Shown one piece after another: positions 59,832 through 64,000 of a DNA stretch of 64,000 nt. Origin of the DNA: an uncultured cyanobacterium (GTDB lineage: Bacteria; Cyanobacteriota; Cyanobacteriia; Phormidesmidales; Phormidesmidaceae); NCBI GenBank assembly GCA_963793265.1, contig CAWBZI010000002.1, positions 800,001-864,000 of the forward strand. The letters run 5' to 3'. Under the pieces are notes generated by a model. The model searched no databases, was not told where the DNA came from, and saw only the letters and a list, made by a program, of their open reading frames with translations. How positions within the stretch are numbered: position 1 is the first letter of the stretch; every line of letters begins with the position of its first letter. The translations under genes were made by a program, and so were the position numbers.

Positions 59832-59861
59832 AGCGTATCAGTACTCTTTTGATTGTGTCAA
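59832..59861 (-). promoter_or_regulatory. Sigma70-type promoter of cassette copy B
   Basis: TTGACA-N18-TACGCT with extended TG, matching copy A. Confidence 0.7.
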
Positions 59862-60242
59862 TTAATTCATCGGGAATTAAGTGCGTTTCCTGACAAGGCA
59901 CTAGGTCTGACTAAGGGTATGAGGTACAAGGCTCGTATAGCTTTCCATACTTTTGTTTTTATAAAATTCTGATAAATCCTCCGGGTATCCCTAAAACAAA
60001 CGTTTACTACGACAGTGTTAATCAAATAAGTTATCGAAAGACTGTAGCTTTTGATTGTTTGACAAAAGCTGTGAACGAGTCGGTAAAGAGTGATTTTTGC
60101 TAAGCAAATATAGCATTGAGACTATACAGAATTTTTACCTGACTCCTACGAACTAGGCACACAGCTTTGTTTGTAGCTTTGCTTCTGTTCAAGCATTTTG
60201 GAGGAGCCTGATTAATTTTATAAAACGCTCTATGTAATTAAT

Positions 60243-62231
60243 ATGATCAACGTTAGATATGAAAGCTCAGTTCAAACATCTCTGCCTAAGGAAAAATTAG
60301 TAGATCGTCCACGATTTAGACCTGATATTGAAGGATTGCGCGCGATTCTTATCTGTTAGTTATTGCTTATCACGCGGGCATTCCTGGCTTTGAGAGGCGG
60401 CTATATCGGCGTCGATATGTTCTTTTGTTCTTATCTGTGATATCTCATTACCTGGCGACTGGTGCATGAAATCGAAAAGACTGGCACCATAGACCTCTTC
60501 CGATTTTACTCTCTAGACGTGCAAGGCGGCTGCTGCCAGCACTGGTACTGATGCTCTTGGTTACGGTTGCCACCAGCGCTGTGATTTACGCACCCTTTGA
60601 GCAACGCGAGTTTGCTAAAACAGCATTCGCTACGGCCACCTATCTCAGCAATGCTTATCTTCGCTAAAGCCGCCGTCAACTATCTTGGAACCGCTGCTGA
60701 AGCTAATCCCCTTTTGCATACCTGGTCTTTGAGCGTAGAAGAACAGTTTTATTTTATTTGGCCAGTATTGGTGATGGTTGCAGCCGGTGTATGGCGTCAG
60801 CAATCAGCCGCGCAAACTCCTTTGGATGACAGCATATAACAGCTATCTCTTTTACTTTATCTATATACCTCACCGAGATTCGTCAGCCTTGGGCTTTTTT
60901 TCTATCACCTGCTAGAGCTTGGGAATTTTCAATTGGTGCGCTAGGTATCTTGGTACCCATCGAAACCGTCACTGGTAGCGTAATTATGGGGTGGTTAGGT
61001 ATGAGTGGCATCCTTACATCCGTAGTGCTCTTTGACGGAACGACGAAGTTTCCTGGATTTGCTGCCCTGCTACCGGCTGTATCTACTGTATTGTTACTTC
61101 GTGCCTGCGGGGCTCAATCTACAACCTTAGTAGCTCGATTCTTAAAATTACGTGGGTTTCAAGAGATTGGACGGCTTTCTTATTCTTGGTATCTATGGCA
61201 CTGGCCTGTCTTGGTATTTGCTGGTGCCATCCATGAGTCGCTTCCGCTGATAGTTCGGCTCGGGTTAGTGCTGTTTTCACTTGTGCTTGCAGAAGGCTCT
61301 TATCGCTGGTTAGAGAATCCTGTTCGTCATAGCAATTTCCTATCTCAAAAACCCTCACGCTCAATCGTAATGGGCGTCATGATCACGGTCTTCAGCATTA
61401 GCCTCTCATTAGGATGGATACAAATAGCTACAAGCTGGGCTCAACAACCAGGACAGCTAAGGTATACACAGGTCAGAGACGATATTCCGCTGATATATGA
61501 CAATGGTTGCCATGCAGATATTTTCTCGACAGCACCTAAGCTGGCAGGCTGCGAAGTAGGCGTGAGCAATAGAAATGCATCCGTCGTATTATTCGGGGAT
61601 AGTCATGCTGCTCAGTGGTACACTCCTCTTGCAAAAACGGCACTAGCTCAAGGGTGGCAGTTTATCTCAATGACAAAGACATCATGTCCCTACGTTGACA
61701 CACCTATATTTTCGAAGGCACTGGGTCGGGAATATACGGAATGCGGTAGGTGGCGTCAAAATGTATTAGAGGAGATTAGAAAGATGCATCCTGATCTAGT
61801 AATTGTAACCTCTTTTGCTAATAAGAAACTCGTAAATGCCGACTGGAATAAAGGCTCAGACCGTACTATTAAACTGCTAAGCTCGATAAGCCGAAACGTA
61901 GCTATTATTCGAGACACACCTTCTCCAGAATTTGACGTACCGTCGTGTCTTGCTCGTCGCACTTGGAGAGTCCATACCATACTTAGAAGTTCATGCGAGA
62001 TTTTAGGGGGAGAAAGAAGCCGCGCAAAGGGCTTATCTTTCTCAGAAGGTAGCGTCCAAGCAGTATAAAAATGTCTCAGTGGTCGATATGCATCCATACA
62101 TTTGTAATAATCAATCCTGTGAGCCAGAAAAGGGCGATACCGTGATCTACAGAGATAGCCATCATATAACTGATAGTTTTGCTTCACAGCTAACTCAAAG
62201 TTTATATGACCAGATAAATGTTTTGCTTTAA
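60243..62231 (+). pseudogene. OafA-like acyltransferase-3 plus SGNH O-acyltransferase, with multiple frameshifts (decay or sequencing error)
   Basis: FRPDIEGLRAI, GGYIGVD, PLLHTWSLSVEEQFY, SYSWYLWHWP, FGDSHA and YRDSHH are spread across frames. Confidence 0.85.
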
Positions 62232-62423
62232 TAAGTCGATTCATGGATAGGAAACAGTCCCTAGAGGATGGGCTCTGCCAACGCACTTCACTGGTCTTCC
62301 AGAGAATTTACGATGACGCTCGTCTTTTGGTATAGGCGGTTTAAGCTCCTGATGATTGAATGGTTTCGTGTATGTATGTTTGGACAAAACTATTTGAACC
62401 ACACATATATTTACTGATTATCT

Positions 62424-63924
62424 ATGACATTTCATAAGAGTCCGACTTATTACAAGGTCGGGTTGCCTGCGGATGACTTGCTGAGTCCTCACTGTCAGCT
62501 ATTAAAAGAACTCGATCGACAATACGACTCAAGAGTGAAGCTGCTGCGAGGTTCGTTTGTTCCTAGATATGCTCATCCTGTTGTTAAGGGGGTTTTTCAG
62601 CTTTGCGGGGTGCATCCTACGCGACAGTCTTTGAACTATGCTGTAGCGCTTTTGCAAACTAAGGAGCCGACGTTGGTGGCTCGGGCGAGCGATATTATTA
62701 GTAAGGTGCTGTCGCTGCAAGATACTCGGCGCGGTAGTGCGAGGCGGGGCCACTGGCCGAAGTATTGGGAGGAGGCTATTTCTGGAATCTCTAGGCCATT
62801 TAAATTGGGCGGATTTTTTGGGAACGTATTTGCTACAAATTGCGCTGGAGCATAGAGAGGTGCTTGCCGAAGATTTGATGGCCCGGCTTGATTTGGCGGT
62901 GGTGTCGGCGGCGCGGGCGATTCAGCGGCGCGATGTGAGCTGGGAGTATAGCAATATTGCTTTGCGGGGGGCCTATGTGACGCTGGTGACTGCGGAGATT
63001 TATCAGGTGCCTGATTTGCGGGCGTATGCGCTGCGTAAGCTGGGGGATTTGCACCGGCATACGATGCAACATCGGTGTTTTGAGGAATACAATACACCGA
63101 CTTATTATGTGTCGATGCTGTTTGTGCTGAGGCGGTTTCAGATACATGCAAAGGACGCGCAGGTAAGGGGGTGGGTGGATGAACTGTATCGGTTTGTGTG
63201 GGAGGAGATTGCCGGGCATTTTCATGTGGCGACTCGGCAGTGGGCGGGGCCGCATAGTCGGAGCTATTCGACGCTGCTGGAGCCGGAGATTTTGGCGATG
63301 ATTGAGCGATCGACGACGGATCAGGTGGATTTTGGGATTAGAGAGCGGTATGTAGCATTAGAGGAGGCATATTTGGCACTGGCATGTCCTTTAGATTTGG
63401 AGAGTGCTTTTGTGGAGGTGCGGAAGCCTTTCACAACGGTGAAAAAGGTATTTCAGGAGAAGTCGCCTCGGGTGTTGACGACTTATATTGCGCCTGAGTT
63501 TACGCTAGGGACGGTGAGCTGTAGCGATATGTGGCATCAGCGGCAGGTGATGCTGGCCTATTGGGGAACGCCGCAGCGGCCTCATTATTTGAGGTTGAGA
63601 TTTTTGCTGGATGGGGATGACTATGCGCCAGCGCATTTTGTGAGCGTTCAGCAGGCAGGAAGTGTGATGGGAGGGATTGCTTTTGCGACAGATGTTGATT
63701 GTCGGAACCCTTATGCTGAGCGGCAGCGGAGGAGGGCGGTGGTGGTCAGAGATTTGCGGTTGAGGTTTGAGCTTGGAGGATGTGTTAAACGTGCTGTGGT
63801 AGAGGTTTCATCAGATGAAAAGCTAGCGCGGGTTTATGTTGATGGTGTTTGGGTGCAGGTTGATATGGTTTTGGCTCAGTTTGGTAAGTGGAAGGGAAAG
63901 TGGAGCTTTAGTACAACAGGATAA
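62424..63924 (+). CDS. Hypothetical protein, frameshifted near 62790; may continue past 63924
   Basis: Overlapping ORFs 62424..62855 and 62737..63924 read as one protein (NWADF.G, FEEYNTPTY, WAGPHSRSYS). Function not recognised. Confidence 0.6.
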
Positions 63925-64000
63925 TGAGGCTTTTTTGGATTGGGTTTTTGTTTCAGGGCGGCGGCGCAAGATTAACCTGAAAAATATAAAGATGGCTGGT

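Overview
Chromosomal window from a cyanobacterium. HIP1 (GCGATCGC) is abundant, and patD, Ycf66, DUF1816, Uma2 and PEP-CTERM genes are present; the look is that of a Leptolyngbya/Phormidesmis-like filamentous strain, which is inference. About 1-44 kb is mostly housekeeping: pip, glgX, rlmB, mini-RNase III, carA, argJ, lnt, selO, rel/patD, a peptide ABC transporter, lycopene cyclase and ileS. About 44-64 kb is a surface-glycan locus (GT2s, FAD oxidoreductase, flippase, GT-C-like membrane protein, methyltransferase, O-acyltransferase). It is interrupted by an accessory island holding DUF4058, two Uma2 genes, three tandem Rpn/DUF4351 copies, a truncated IS66 and decayed HicAB and HigA genes. No rRNA, tRNA or CRISPR array was seen. 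Best candidates for something new: (1) two diverged copies (27.5 kb +, 59.7 kb -) of a cassette made of a conserved promoter, a ~200-nt covarying RNA leader with mutually exclusive terminator/antiterminator folds, and a small uncharacterised paralogous gene; (2) a repeated G-rich to C-rich flip in base composition centred on HIP1 sites; (3) SD-preceded internal GTG starts in the Rpn-like genes; (4) an ATC start codon for the STAS gene. Several single-base frameshifts (lnt, selO, a GT2, the acyltransferase) may be sequencing errors.
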